From positions 450,905 through 514,904 of the forward strand of contig JACKNG010000001.1 of the NCBI GenBank assembly GCA_024235015.1: a stretch of 64,000 nt of DNA, given 5' to 3'. The notes beneath the pieces were generated by a model, which did not search any database, was not told where the DNA came from, and saw only the letters and a list, made by a program, of their open reading frames with translations. Made by a program: the position numbers and the translations under genes. This document shows positions 27,512 through 37,969 of the stretch, one piece after another. The DNA comes from Gammaproteobacteria bacterium (lineage in GTDB: Bacteria > Pseudomonadota > Gammaproteobacteria > Ga0077536). Position 1 is the first letter of the stretch. The number at the start of each line of letters is the position of its first letter.

Positions 27512-28723
27512 TCAGCTGGCGTCCTCGCCCAGGCCGCGCACGCGGGTCACGCGGAACTGGTCGAGCACCTCTTGGGTGTGCTCGCCGAGCGCCGGCCCGG
27601 CATGGCGCACCCGGCCGGGCGCAGCCGAGAACTTGACCGGCACCCCGGCGACGGCGGCGCGGCGATCGAGCCCGGGCAGGTCGATGGTCGGCAGCATGTC
27701 GCGCGCGGTGGCATGCGGATCGGCGACGATGTCGGTGATGTCGTTGACCGGGCCGCAGGGCACCCGCCCGCCGAGCCGCTCGGACAGTTCGTGCTTGGTC
27801 ATGGTCGACGTCCAGTCCTCGATGATCGCGCGCAGCTCGACCTGGTTGCGTGCGCGGTCCTCGTTGGTGACGAAGCGCGGGTCGGCCGCGAGGGCCGGCT
27901 GCTGCATGACCTCGAGCAGGGCGTGCCACTGGCTGTCGGTGGGGCAGCCCAGCGCCATCCAGCCGTCCGCGGCGCGGTAGACCGAGAACGGGCTGACCAG
28001 CGGGTGGTCGTTGCCTTCCGGTTTCGACACCGCGCCGCCGAAGGAATAGCGGTACACGTTGCGCTCGCACACCGCGATCATGGCGTCGACCATGCCGACG
28101 TCGACGAACTGGCCGTGGCCGGTCTGCTCGGCGTGGCGCACCGCCGCGACCACGCCGAAGGCGGCCATGACGCCGGGAATGATGTCACCGACCCCGGGCC
28201 CTGCCTTCATCGGCGTCCCCGGCGGCCCGGTCATGGCCATGAAGCCGGACATGGCCTGGGCGACGATGTCGAAGGCCGGCCAGTCGCCGTAGGGACTGAC
28301 CCCGGACCGCGCATCGCCGAAACCGCGGATGCAGGCGTAGACCAGGCGCGGGTTGCGCGCGTGCAGCGCCTCGTAGCCGAGTCCGAGGCGCTCCATCACC
28401 CCGGCGCGGTAGTTCTCCACCACCACGTCGGCCTGCTCGACCAGGGACAGGAAGGCATCGCGATCGTCGGCGTTCTTGAGGTCGAGCACCATCGAGCGCT
28501 TGTTGCGGTTGATGCTGTGGAAATAACCGCCCTGGGTACGTGCGCCGTCCTCGGCCAGGTAGGGCCCCATGGCGCGCGACATGTCGCCGCCGGGCGGCTC
28601 GATCTTGATCACGTCGGCGCCGTGATCGGCGAGGATCATGGTGCAGTAGGGTCCGGCCAGCATCTGCGTGAGATCGAGGACGACGATGCCCTCGAGCACG
28701 CCGTTGGTGTCGAGCGCGCTCAT
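27512..28723 (-). CDS. CaiB/BaiF family III CoA-transferase
   Basis: VLDLTQMLAGPYCTMILADHGADVIKIE, NRNKRS, FDIVAQAMSG, GVGDI. Start overlaps the upstream stop (ATGA). Confidence 0.92.
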   Translation of the reverse strand: MSALDTNGVLEGIVVLDLTQMLAGPYCTMILADHGADVIKIEPPGGDMSRAMGPYLAEDGARTQGGYFHSINRNKRSMVLDLKNADDRDAFLSLVEQADVVVENYRAGVMERLGLGYEALHARNPRLVYACIRGFGDARSGVSPYGDWPAFDIVAQAMSGFMAMTGPPGTPMKAGPGVGDIIPGVMAAFGVVAAVRHAEQTGHGQFVDVGMVDAMIAVCERNVYRYSFGGAVSKPEGNDHPLVSPFSVYRAADGWMALGCPTDSQWHALLEVMQQPALAADPRFVTNEDRARNQVELRAIIEDWTSTMTKHELSERLGGRVPCGPVNDITDIVADPHATARDMLPTIDLPGLDRRAAVAGVPVKFSAAPGRVRHAGPALGEHTQEVLDQFRVTRVRGLGEDAS

Positions 28724-29892
28724 CGGCCGGCCTTGCCGAGCAGGTTGTCGGAGATGATGCGCAGCTGGATTTCCGAAGTGCCTTCGAAGATCTTGGTCAG
28801 GCGCGCGTCGCGCCAGTAGCGCTCCACCGCGTGCAACTTGGTATACCCGGCACCGCCGAGGATCTGCAGGGCATCGGAGGTCACACGTTCGCTCATTTCC
28901 GAGGCGAAGTACTTCACCATCGAGGCTTCCTTGTCGCAGCGCTGTCCGCCGTCGATGCGGTCGCACACGTAGTAGAGCAGCTGGCGCGCGGCCTCGATGT
29001 CGGTCGCCATGCGCGCGAGCTTGAAGCGCAGATCCTGGAACTCGGCGATCGGCCGGCTGAACTGCATGCGCTGCTGGGCATAGGCCATGGCGTCTTCGAG
29101 GGCGCCCTGGGCGAGCCCGATGGAGCGCGCCGCGGTGTGCGCGCGGGCCTCGTCCAGGCCCTTGGCCAGGGCGTAGAAGGCCGTGCCCGGTTCGCCGATG
29201 AGGGCTTCGGCCGGCAGGCGCAGGCCATCGAAACCGAGCTCCCAGGTCTTCCAGCCGAAGTAACCGATCTTGGGGATCGGCGCGCCGTGGCAGTTGGGGG
29301 GCAACTCGCCGCGCGGCTTGTCGATCATGAAGGCGCTGATGCCGAGGTGGCGGCGCTTGGGATCGGGCGGCGGCGCGGTACGTGCGAACACCACCAGGTA
29401 GTCGGCGCCGTCGGCGAAGGTGCACCAGTACTTGGCCCCGGTCAGCACCCAGGCGTCGCCGTCGCGTTCGGCGCGGCAGGAGATCGAGGCGAGGTCGGAG
29501 CCGGTATCGGGTTCGGACAGCGACATCGCGCCGAGGTACTCGCCGCGCACCACGCGCGGCAGCTTCTCCGCTTTCTGTGCGTCGGACAGGAGATCGATGG
29601 TCAGCGTGCCGTTGCCGCGCGCGATGATGCTGGCCACGCTCATCCAGCCGCGCGCGAGCTGCTCGGCGACCAGGCAGTACTCGAAACAGCCGAGCCCGCT
29701 GCCGCCGTATTCCTCGGGAATGCGGATGCCGAAGTAGCCCATCTCGGCCAGCTTGTCGCGCAGCTCGAGCGGGATCTCGCCCTCGACGGGGTCGAGGCGA
29801 TTCGCGACCGGCAGCACCTCGTTGAGGGTGAACTCGCGCGCGGTGTCGCGAATCATCCGGCGCTCGGCGCTGAGCAGGCCGTCGGCGCTCAT
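28720..29892 (-). CDS. Acyl-CoA dehydrogenase
   Basis: LSEPDTGSDL, LTGAKYW, AARSIGLAQGALE, RDARLTKIFEGTSEIQ (catalytic Glu). Confidence 0.93.
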   Translation of the reverse strand: MSADGLLSAERRMIRDTAREFTLNEVLPVANRLDPVEGEIPLELRDKLAEMGYFGIRIPEEYGGSGLGCFEYCLVAEQLARGWMSVASIIARGNGTLTIDLLSDAQKAEKLPRVVRGEYLGAMSLSEPDTGSDLASISCRAERDGDAWVLTGAKYWCTFADGADYLVVFARTAPPPDPKRRHLGISAFMIDKPRGELPPNCHGAPIPKIGYFGWKTWELGFDGLRLPAEALIGEPGTAFYALAKGLDEARAHTAARSIGLAQGALEDAMAYAQQRMQFSRPIAEFQDLRFKLARMATDIEAARQLLYYVCDRIDGGQRCDKEASMVKYFASEMSERVTSDALQILGGAGYTKLHAVERYWRDARLTKIFEGTSEIQLRIISDNLLGKAGR

Positions 29893-29950
29893 GGGCTGCG
29901 CAGTCCTCCGCGTGATGCGCGGCCGCAGCCGTCTCCAACCGCGGCGGTCA

Positions 29951-31171
29951 TCAGAAATCGCCCGACTGCAGCACGCCGTCCGTTTCGAGCCGGGCAATCT
30001 CCTCGGCATCCTTGCCGAGCACGTCGGCGAGCACCGCGCCGTTGTGCTGGCCGAGCGTCGGCGCGACGTAGTCGGCGTCGTAGGGGTAGTCCGATGTGCG
30101 GATGGGCATGCCCGGCACCTTGAACTCGCCGGCGACCGGGTCGTTGATGGTGCGTACCGTGCCGCGAGCGACCAGGTGGGGATGTTCGACGGTCTCCGCC
30201 ACCGACAGCACCGGCGCGCACGGCACACCGTGTTCCTCGAGCTTCGCCACGGCGGTGCCGACGTCGGCGAAGCCCTTCAACCAGCCTTCGATCAGCGCCA
30301 CCACCTCGTCCTGGCGGGCGAGGCGCTCGGCATCGGTCGCCCAGCCGACGGCCTGCACCAGGTCCTCGCGGCCCATCGCCGCACAGAGGTCCGCCCAGTG
30401 GTGCAGGAAGGCCATGATCATGACGTCGCCGCCAGTGCCGGCGAACACCCCGGCCGGTGACACGTAGCTCAGGTGACGGCCGCAGCGCGTCGGCTTGGTC
30501 GCGCCGCCGGTCGCGCTGTAGGTGTGCACGTTGACTTCGTGGTAGTGGTAGTAGCAGTCGAGCAGCGCGATATCGAGATGCTGGCCGCGCCCGGTGCGAC
30601 CGCGGTGCAACAGCGCGGCGGCGACGGCGAAGGCGCCGTGCACCCCGGTCGAGACGTCGCCGATGCCGAGCAGCGGAATGTAGGGCGGCTGGTCGGCCTC
30701 GCCGATCATCGAGGTCACCCCGGCGTAGGCCTGGGCGATGAAGTCGTAACCGGGCTTGCCGGACAAGGGCCCTTTCTGCCCCAGCGCCGAGATCGAGCAC
30801 AGGATGATGTCCGGCCTGAGCGCCTGCAGCGCTTCGTAGCCGAGCCCCATGCCGGCCATCACGCCGGGGCGGAAGTTCTCCACCACCACGTCGCAGTGCG
30901 GCACCAGCTCGCGGATCAGCGCCATGCCCGCGGGCTTGCGCAGGTCCACGCACAGGCTCTTCTTGTTCAGGTTCTGCTGCACGTAGTAGAGGCTGCGATC
31001 GTTCAGCAACTTCGACACGGCGCGGGTGAGGTCCCCGGACGGCGCCGCCTCGACCTTGATCACCTCGGCGCCCATCTCGGCGAACATGCGCGTGCACGAG
31101 GGGCCGGCCAGGGCGCGGGTGAAATCGAGGATACGGTAGCCGCTGAGGAGATGTTCGTTGGGTATGCTCAT
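29951..31171 (-). CDS. CaiB/BaiF family III CoA-transferase
   Basis: ILDFTRALAGP, EMGAEVIKVE, NLNKKS, GYDFIAQAYAG, IGDV. Confidence 0.92.
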   Translation of the reverse strand: MSIPNEHLLSGYRILDFTRALAGPSCTRMFAEMGAEVIKVEAAPSGDLTRAVSKLLNDRSLYYVQQNLNKKSLCVDLRKPAGMALIRELVPHCDVVVENFRPGVMAGMGLGYEALQALRPDIILCSISALGQKGPLSGKPGYDFIAQAYAGVTSMIGEADQPPYIPLLGIGDVSTGVHGAFAVAAALLHRGRTGRGQHLDIALLDCYYHYHEVNVHTYSATGGATKPTRCGRHLSYVSPAGVFAGTGGDVMIMAFLHHWADLCAAMGREDLVQAVGWATDAERLARQDEVVALIEGWLKGFADVGTAVAKLEEHGVPCAPVLSVAETVEHPHLVARGTVRTINDPVAGEFKVPGMPIRTSDYPYDADYVAPTLGQHNGAVLADVLGKDAEEIARLETDGVLQSGDF

Positions 31172-31285
31172 GGTCGCCGGAGTATATGTCACCGCCCGGC
31201 CGCCACGGCAAGCCCGGCGCGCCGACACCCCGGGCGGGAGCCCGCCGGCCGCACCCGAAACCGGCGCCGCGGGCGCTGCCCGCGC

Positions 31286-33367
31286 TCAGAAGCGCCAGCT
31301 CAGCGTGCCGCGCACGGCGCGCGGCTCGACCGGGTGGGCATGGACGCCCTCGACGCCGTCGCGCGGCGCCGCACCGCACGCGGCCGCCGGATCGCCGGGG
31401 ATGCACGAGGCGAACCAGTAGCTGATGTCTGGATCACCGCTGTCGAACAGGTTGAACACCTCCAGCGCCAGTTCGACGCCGCGCGCCACGCGGTAGCCGG
31501 CGCGCAGGTTGACCACCGTGGTGTCGCGGGCCTCGACGCTGCCATCCTCGACCAGCGGCGTGTCGCCGAAATGGCGCAGGCGCAGGCTGCCGAAGAATCC
31601 CTGGGGGAAATCCAGTGCGACGCCGGCGGTGATCACCCGGCCGACGGCGTTGGGGATCGCGTCGTCGACGACGCCGGTGAACTCGGCATGGGTGAAGGCG
31701 AGGTCGAGGTCGAAGGTGAGCCAGTCGCGCGGCCGGTAGAAGTTGGTCCATTCGACGCCATAGCGCCGCGACGCACCGCTGGCCTCGGTGGTGCCGGCAT
31801 CGCCGACGAAGAGGAGTTCGGAATCGACCTCTAGGTACCAGCCGGCGACGGTGGTGGTGAGCCCGGGCAGCGCGGTGGTGCGCCAGCCGGCCTCGCCACC
31901 CCAGGCGCTGACCAGCGGGTCGACCGGGGTGCTCGGCGTGCCGCTGGCCGGGTCGATGCGGGTCAGCACCCCGCGCGCGTCGTTGCTGTGGAAGCCGCGC
32001 CCGTAGTTGAGGTAGAGCTCGTGGCCGGCGTGCGGAGTGAAAACCAGCGTCGCCTTGGGACTGAGCTGGGTGTCGGCGGCCGCGCCGCTGTTGGCGGCGA
32101 GGTCGGCGGCGACATCGAACCAGTAGCGATCCGCACGCAGCGCCGCCTCGGCGCGCAGCCAGGGTGCGAGTTCCACCCGCGTCGCAAGGTAGAGCCCGAG
32201 GCTGGTCTCGTCGACACTGTCGCTGCGCACGAAGGCGTGCACACGCCGCGCGGTACTGCGCGCCAGCGCGACGTCGAGGATGCCGTCGTGACGCACCTGC
32301 GTCCCGACGCGGGTCTCGGCGGCGTGGCCGAACAGTTCGTGCGCCTGCGTGAACTCGCTGTTCATGCCGGCCAGCCAGCGGCGGTCGAACTGCGCGATCT
32401 GGTCGCCCCGCACGGGGTCGTCGAGGAAATAGGTGAAGTTCGAGTAGAGCTCGAAATCGGAATACACCGCGTAGGCGTTCGCCTGCCAGCGTCGATCCGG
32501 CGCCGGTGCGCCGCGCCAGGCGAGGTTGACGCTGTAGCGTTCGCTCTCGCCGCCGAGCGTGGGGTCGATGCTGCCGAGGCGGTCGATGCGGCCGTCGCGC
32601 ACCGCGCGCAGCGGGACCTGGTCGGTCGAATCCCAGCGCGCCTCGTAGACCGTCAGGCTGGCGTCGAAGCCCTCCTCCAGCGTGCCGCTGGTGTAACGCA
32701 GCAGGCCGTTGAGCTTGCGCGCGTTCTCGTCGACCTCCCAGGGGCCGTCGTAGTACTGGGCCTCGACCGCGCCGAGAAGCTCACCGGCGGCAACGGCAGT
32801 GCTGGCGGCCGTCACCCCACGGTAGTAGCCGAATTCGCCCGCCTGTACGCGCAGCAAGCCGTCATGCAGGTGACGCTTGAGCGCGTAGCGCGCATAACCG
32901 GCGGCAGCGAAGTCGCCGACACTGGCCTCGTAGGGACCCTTGCCGTACTCGATGTAATCGACCAGCTCGGGGATGATCGGATTGAGGTCGAGATAACCCT
33001 GGCCGTGGCCGTGGGTGCGCAGGTTGAGCGGTACGCCGTCGAGGCTGGCCGAGAAGTCGGTGCCATGGTCGAGGTTGAAGCCGCGCAGGAAGTACTGGTT
33101 GGCCTTGCCTGTACCGGAATGCTGGGTGACGGCAGCGCCGGGCACCACTTCGAGCAGCTCGCCGGAACGCAGGATGGGCCGCGCCGCGAGGTCTGCGGCG
33201 CCGACCAGGCCGCTGGAGGCGCTCTGCTCGATGCCGATGAGGTCGGTGGCGCGGCCGCGGACGACGATTTCCTCGGAGACTTCCTCGTGTGCACCGGCCT
33301 GCGGGGCGATACTCGCCAGGGCGAACAGCAGGTACCGGCACGCGGCACTCACATGGCTCGGGTTCAC
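31286..33367 (-). CDS. TonB-dependent outer-membrane receptor
   Basis: Signal peptide, EEIVVRG TonB box, plug GKANQYFLRGFNLDHGTDF, C-terminal LSWRF. GGAGG RBS before GTG 33367. Confidence 0.92.
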   Translation of the reverse strand: MNPSHVSAACRYLLFALASIAPQAGAHEEVSEEIVVRGRATDLIGIEQSASSGLVGAADLAARPILRSGELLEVVPGAAVTQHSGTGKANQYFLRGFNLDHGTDFSASLDGVPLNLRTHGHGQGYLDLNPIIPELVDYIEYGKGPYEASVGDFAAAGYARYALKRHLHDGLLRVQAGEFGYYRGVTAASTAVAAGELLGAVEAQYYDGPWEVDENARKLNGLLRYTSGTLEEGFDASLTVYEARWDSTDQVPLRAVRDGRIDRLGSIDPTLGGESERYSVNLAWRGAPAPDRRWQANAYAVYSDFELYSNFTYFLDDPVRGDQIAQFDRRWLAGMNSEFTQAHELFGHAAETRVGTQVRHDGILDVALARSTARRVHAFVRSDSVDETSLGLYLATRVELAPWLRAEAALRADRYWFDVAADLAANSGAAADTQLSPKATLVFTPHAGHELYLNYGRGFHSNDARGVLTRIDPASGTPSTPVDPLVSAWGGEAGWRTTALPGLTTTVAGWYLEVDSELLFVGDAGTTEASGASRRYGVEWTNFYRPRDWLTFDLDLAFTHAEFTGVVDDAIPNAVGRVITAGVALDFPQGFFGSLRLRHFGDTPLVEDGSVEARDTTVVNLRAGYRVARGVELALEVFNLFDSGDPDISYWFASCIPGDPAAACGAAPRDGVEGVHAHPVEPRAVRGTLSWRF

Positions 33368-33469
33368 GCAGTTCCTTTCCTCCGCCGGGGTCGTGTCGAC
33401 TGCCCGCAAGGCTAGCAGCTTGCACCTCCCCGCACCTTGGGAAACCTTCCTATCTTCGTCCGGCGGCGG

Positions 33470-34318
33470 TCAACCCGCGGCGGCCGCCTCGGCGGCGGCG
33501 ACCGTCTGCCAGATCAGCGTGTTGATGGTCATCGGCCCGACCCCGCCCGGCACCGGCGTGTAGGCGCTGGCGCGCTCCACGATGGCATCCAGTTCGACGT
33601 CGCCGACCCCGCCCGGGTGGTAGCCGGCGTCGACCACCACCGCGCCGTCCTTGATCCACTCGCCGCGGATGAACGCCGGCTTGCCGACTGCGCCGACCAC
33701 GATGTCGGCCTGGCGGACCAGGGTGGGCAGGTCGCGCGTCTTCGAGTGACAGACCACGACGGTGGCGTCGGCATTGAGCAGCATCGCCGCCATCGGCTTG
33801 CCGAGGATGGGGCTGCGCCCGACCACCACCGCGAGCCGCCCGGCGAGCGGGATCTCGTAGTGTGCGAGCAGGCGCATGATGCCGGCCGGGGTGGCCGAAC
33901 CCCAGGCCGGTTCGTCCATCGCCATGCGGCCGTAGCCGGCCGTGGTCACGCCGTCGACATCCTTGGCCAGCGCGATGCGATCGAAGCACGCGCGCTCGTC
34001 GATCTGCGCGGGCACCGGGTGCTGCAGGAGGATGCCGTGGACGTCGGGGTTGGCATTGAGCTCGTCGATGCAGGCGAGGAGTTCTTCGGTGGTGGTCGTT
34101 GCCGGCATTTCGATCGCGCGCGAGTCCATACCGACCCGGCGGCAGGCGTTACCCTTCATGCGCACGTAGGTGGCCGACGCCGGGTCGTCACCGACCAGGA
34201 TGGTGGCGAGGATCGGCACGCGGCCACCGTTGCGCGCCGCGAGCGCGGCGACGCGCGTCGCCAGTTCGCCCTCCGCCGCCGCCGCCAGCGCCTTGCCATC
34301 CAGCACGCGTGCCGTCAT
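33470..34318 (-). CDS. folD: Bifunctional methylenetetrahydrofolate dehydrogenase/cyclohydrolase
   Basis: [40 protein letters not shown]. Confidence 0.96.
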   Translation of the reverse strand: MTARVLDGKALAAAAEGELATRVAALAARNGGRVPILATILVGDDPASATYVRMKGNACRRVGMDSRAIEMPATTTTEELLACIDELNANPDVHGILLQHPVPAQIDERACFDRIALAKDVDGVTTAGYGRMAMDEPAWGSATPAGIMRLLAHYEIPLAGRLAVVVGRSPILGKPMAAMLLNADATVVVCHSKTRDLPTLVRQADIVVGAVGKPAFIRGEWIKDGAVVVDAGYHPGGVGDVELDAIVERASAYTPVPGGVGPMTINTLIWQTVAAAEAAAAG

Positions 34319-34348
34319 GTCGTCGTCCTCGGCTATTCAGGGAGCGCG

Positions 34349-34400
34349 ATTATAGGCCGGGCCGGCGGGCCGGCCCGCCGCGGGTGTTTTGCGCCATAAT
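34349..34400. promoter_or_regulatory. Divergent -10-like elements flanking an 18-bp palindrome (folD/amidase)
   Basis: TATAAT on the minus strand at 34349-34354, CATAAT on the plus strand at 34395-34400, palindrome CGGCGGGCCGGCCCGCCG at 34363-34380. Confidence 0.4.
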
Positions 34401-34408
34401 CCGGGCCC

Positions 34409-35914
34409 ATGCTCGATTTCACCGACTACCTCGCCGAGGACGGACTCGGCCTCGCGGCCCGCGTCGCCGCGGGCGACGTCAGCGCCGCCGAACTGCTCGA
34501 GACGGCGATCGCCGCGTGCGAGGCGGTCAACCCGGCCATCAACGCCGTCATCGAGCCGATGTTCGAGCAGGCCCGGGCGCGCGTCGCGCAGGCGAGCCCG
34601 GCCGGCCCCTTCGGCGGCGTGCCCTTTCTCATGAAGGATCTCGGCTCGGCGGTGGCCGGTGCGCGGCTGCAGAACGGCTCGCGTTTCTTCCGCGACTTCG
34701 TGCCCGATTACGACGCCGAGATGGTCGTGCGCCTGCACGCCGCGGGCCTGGTCACCTTCGGCAAGACCTCGACCCCCGAACTCGGTCTCGTCGGCACCAC
34801 CGAGCCGCGCCTGTTCGGCCCGACGCGCAATCCCTGGAACCTCGAACGCACGGCGGGCGGTTCCAGCGGCGGATCCGGCGCGGCCGTCGCCGCCGGCATC
34901 GTGCCGCTGGCCAGTGCCGGCGATGGCGGCGGTTCGATCCGCATCCCGGCGGCCTGCAACGGCCTGGTCGGGCTCAAGCCCTCGCGCGGGCGTAATCCGT
35001 CCGGCCCCGAGGGCGGCGAGGGCTGGTACGGCCAGGTCCAGCTCGGGGTCGTCTCGCGCAGCGTGCGCGACACCGCTGCCGCGCTCGACGCCACCGCCGG
35101 CGGCGACCCCGGCATGCCCTACTGCGCGCCGCCGCCGCCGCTGCGCTTCAGCGACGAGATCCAGCGTGAGCCCGGCCGCCTGCGCGTGGCCGTGTGCCGC
35201 GCCGCGCTGTGCTGCGAGGCGCCCATCGACGCCGAGTGCCTGGCTGGCCTCGACGCCACCGCGCAACTGCTGGAGCAGCTCGGTCACCATGTCGAGGAAG
35301 CCGTGCCGCCGCTCGATCGCCTCGCGCTCGGCTGTAACTTCCTCATGCGCGTGCTGGCCTGTACCGGCGCCGAGATCGCCGATGCCGAGCGCCTGCTCGG
35401 CCGCCGCTCGCGCTACGGCGAGTTCGAACCCACCACGCGCGCCTTCGCCAACCTCGCACGTGCCTTCAATGCCGTCGACCTGACGCTGGCCAACCGCGCC
35501 ATCGAGCGCGAGATGCGCACGCTCGGCCGCTTCATGGAAGGCTACGACGTGCTGCTGACACCGACCCTGGCCACGCCGCCCGCGCCGCTCGGCGTGTTCG
35601 ATCCGCACGGCGTCGACGCGGTGATGACCGCGATTGCGAGCCGCGTGTCGCTCGGTCCGCTGCCCAAGTGGGGGGGTGTGCTCGAACAACTCGTCGCCAA
35701 CAATTTCACCTTCGTCGTCTCGACCATGCTGGCCAACATGAGCGGCGAGCCGTCGATCTCGCTACCCCTGCACTGTAGCGCCGACGGCCTGCCGGTGGGC
35801 ATGATGTTCACCGCGCGCATCTACCAGGAGGCGACCCTGCTACGCCTCGCCGCCCAGCTCGAACGCGCGCGCCCGTGGGCCGCGCAGCGCCCGCCCCACG
35901 GCCTCGCCGCCTGA
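34409..35914 (+). CDS. Amidase signature family protein
   Basis: [23 protein letters not shown] (Ser-cisSer-Lys triad motifs). Confidence 0.93.
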   Translation: MLDFTDYLAEDGLGLAARVAAGDVSAAELLETAIAACEAVNPAINAVIEPMFEQARARVAQASPAGPFGGVPFLMKDLGSAVAGARLQNGSRFFRDFVPDYDAEMVVRLHAAGLVTFGKTSTPELGLVGTTEPRLFGPTRNPWNLERTAGGSSGGSGAAVAAGIVPLASAGDGGGSIRIPAACNGLVGLKPSRGRNPSGPEGGEGWYGQVQLGVVSRSVRDTAAALDATAGGDPGMPYCAPPPPLRFSDEIQREPGRLRVAVCRAALCCEAPIDAECLAGLDATAQLLEQLGHHVEEAVPPLDRLALGCNFLMRVLACTGAEIADAERLLGRRSRYGEFEPTTRAFANLARAFNAVDLTLANRAIEREMRTLGRFMEGYDVLLTPTLATPPAPLGVFDPHGVDAVMTAIASRVSLGPLPKWGGVLEQLVANNFTFVVSTMLANMSGEPSISLPLHCSADGLPVGMMFTARIYQEATLLRLAAQLERARPWAAQRPPHGLAA

Positions 35915-35931
35915 TCACCCGGAGAAACACC

Positions 35932-36768
35932 ATGCCCGACATCCGCTATGCCGAAGCCGTGACCCTGAGCCCGCGCCTCAGGCGCGTGACGGCGCGCAAC
36001 CCCGGGCGCATGACCGGTCCCGGCACCAACACCTACATCGTCGGCACCGAGCAACTCGCCGTGGTCGACCCTGGCCCGCTGGTCGAGGAGCACGTCGAGG
36101 CACTGCTCCGCATCTGCGGCGAGCGCCTGCGCTGGGTGCTCGTCACCCACACCCACCGCGACCATTCCCCCGCCGCCCACGTGCTCGCCGAACGGACCGG
36201 CGCCGAGCTCATCGGCAACGTCATCCCCAACGACGGCTACCAGGACGACACTTTCGGCGACGCCCGCGCGCTGGCCCAGGACGACACCCTGGTCACGCCC
36301 GAGTTCACCCTGCGCGCCCTGCTCACCCCGGGGCACGTCGCCAACCACGTGTGCTACCTGCTCGAGGACGACCGCATCCTCATGACCGGCGACCACATGA
36401 TGGCCGGCTCGACGGTGGTCATCGTGCCGCCGGCCGGCGACATGAAACACTACATCGAGTCACTCGAACGCATGCTGGACTACGCCGTCGACTGGGTCGC
36501 CCCGGGGCACGGCGACCTGATCGGCGAGCCGGCGACGGAAATCCGCCGCCTCATCGAGCATCGCCTGGCCCGCGAACGCAAGGTGGTCGAGGCCCTGCGC
36601 CGCAGCGGTCCGGCCAGCGTCGAGGCGCTGACGCCGCCGGTCTACGACGACGTCGACCCGGCCCTGCACGGCTGGGCAGCGCTGTCCCTGCACGCCCACC
36701 TGCTCAAGTTGCAGGCCGAAGGCCGCGCCGGGGTCGAAGGCGAGACCTGGTGCTTGACGGAGGCGTGA
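35932..36768 (+). CDS. Metallo-beta-lactamase-fold hydrolase (LACTB2-like)
   Basis: NPGRMTGPGTNTY, THTHRDH, TPGH, GDH, PGHG, C-terminal winged helix. Confidence 0.9.
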   Translation: MPDIRYAEAVTLSPRLRRVTARNPGRMTGPGTNTYIVGTEQLAVVDPGPLVEEHVEALLRICGERLRWVLVTHTHRDHSPAAHVLAERTGAELIGNVIPNDGYQDDTFGDARALAQDDTLVTPEFTLRALLTPGHVANHVCYLLEDDRILMTGDHMMAGSTVVIVPPAGDMKHYIESLERMLDYAVDWVAPGHGDLIGEPATEIRRLIEHRLARERKVVEALRRSGPASVEALTPPVYDDVDPALHGWAALSLHAHLLKLQAEGRAGVEGETWCLTEA

Positions 36769-36820
36769 GTCGCGCCCGGCGACGCGGCGTCAGCACCGGG
36801 CAACCCGCTGCCCGTCCCGG

Positions 36821-37882
36821 TCAGAACGACAGCGACAGGGAAATCGAGCCGAAGTTGTGACGGTCGCGCCGCTGGCCGTCGAATTCCTTGGTACGGAACA
36901 CCTGTGCGTAGGACAGCTTGGCCGCGCGCCACACCACGCTGCCGCCGATGATGAAGTCGCCGACGGCGATCTTCTTGTCGACGTCGTGGCTGTCGGCGAA
37001 GGTGTTGCCGTCGAGGAAGATGTCGCGTCCGACCAGGCGCCCGCCGAAGGCGGCGAAACCGTAGACGCCGAGTTCGCGCGCACGCACGCCGTGCGCGCTC
37101 GATACCGCCGGTGCGTTGCTGTCGCCGCCCGGGCGGATCACCGAGGTGCCGAAATCGCGTGGCAGGTTCCAGCCGAAACGCAGTTCGCCGCCGGCGGCGA
37201 GGTAGTCGTAGACGTTGCCCAGCGCGAGGCCGGCGTGGGCGATGACGTCGCCGCTCAAGCCGGCGCCGAAATCGCGCGCGGCGAGCCGCCACTTCCGTTC
37301 GAAATACAGCACCCCACCCGGCTCGTTGTCGAGCTGGTTGTCCCAGCCGCGCGGCAGCGGCAGGTCACGGATGTCGTGGACCAGCTTCTGCGCATCCTCG
37401 GCCAGCGAGGCCGGGCCGATCATGCCGAGCTGGATCTCGAGGGTATCGGCGATGTCGGCGTTCTTGCTGACCAGGGTGAGTGCACCGTAGAGCCAGCCGG
37501 CATAGGGCCGGTCGTCGCGGATCAGCGCGGTGGCCTGGGTGTCGTCCGGGGTGTACATCATCTGGCCGAGGGCGAAGCCGACGTTGAACTCACGGCCCTG
37601 GTCGGGGAAGTAGATCTCCTCCAGCGCGTTGATGCGCGAGACGGCTCCGAGCAGCCAGGCCGGCACGCCCGGGGCGTCGGCCAGCGCGCCGAGATCGGGC
37701 GAGAGGTAGGACAGCTTCATGCCGTTGGTGTACTGCGCGTCGGTATCGCCGAAGAGGTCGTTCTCGAACGTGAACGTGACGACGTGCGGCCCCGGGTCGA
37801 AATCCGCCGGCGCCTCCGCGGCCGCCGCGGCGCAGGCAAGTAGCGCCGCCCACGCGGCGAGGGATGTCAGGCGGCGGAGCAT
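36821..37882 (-). CDS. Lipid A deacylase LpxR-family outer-membrane protein
   Basis: ENDLF..D..YTNG, GQMMYTP, DRPYAGWL, GWDNQL, DIFLDGN, terminal LSLSF. Confidence 0.88.
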   Translation of the reverse strand: MLRRLTSLAAWAALLACAAAAAEAPADFDPGPHVVTFTFENDLFGDTDAQYTNGMKLSYLSPDLGALADAPGVPAWLLGAVSRINALEEIYFPDQGREFNVGFALGQMMYTPDDTQATALIRDDRPYAGWLYGALTLVSKNADIADTLEIQLGMIGPASLAEDAQKLVHDIRDLPLPRGWDNQLDNEPGGVLYFERKWRLAARDFGAGLSGDVIAHAGLALGNVYDYLAAGGELRFGWNLPRDFGTSVIRPGGDSNAPAVSSAHGVRARELGVYGFAAFGGRLVGRDIFLDGNTFADSHDVDKKIAVGDFIIGGSVVWRAAKLSYAQVFRTKEFDGQRRDRHNFGSISLSLSF

Positions 37883-37969
37883 TGTGCGACCATCCATAGC
37901 AAATTCGGCCGCGCACTATACCAGTCGTGCCGCGCGTCAAACGGGTTTGCGTCTCAACGGGGAGCTTGT

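Noticed and set aside
33368-33469. Cobalamin riboswitch upstream of the TonB receptor
   Set aside because: The leader is only about 100 nt and lacks the GGGAA..GCCACTG..GGGAAG core.
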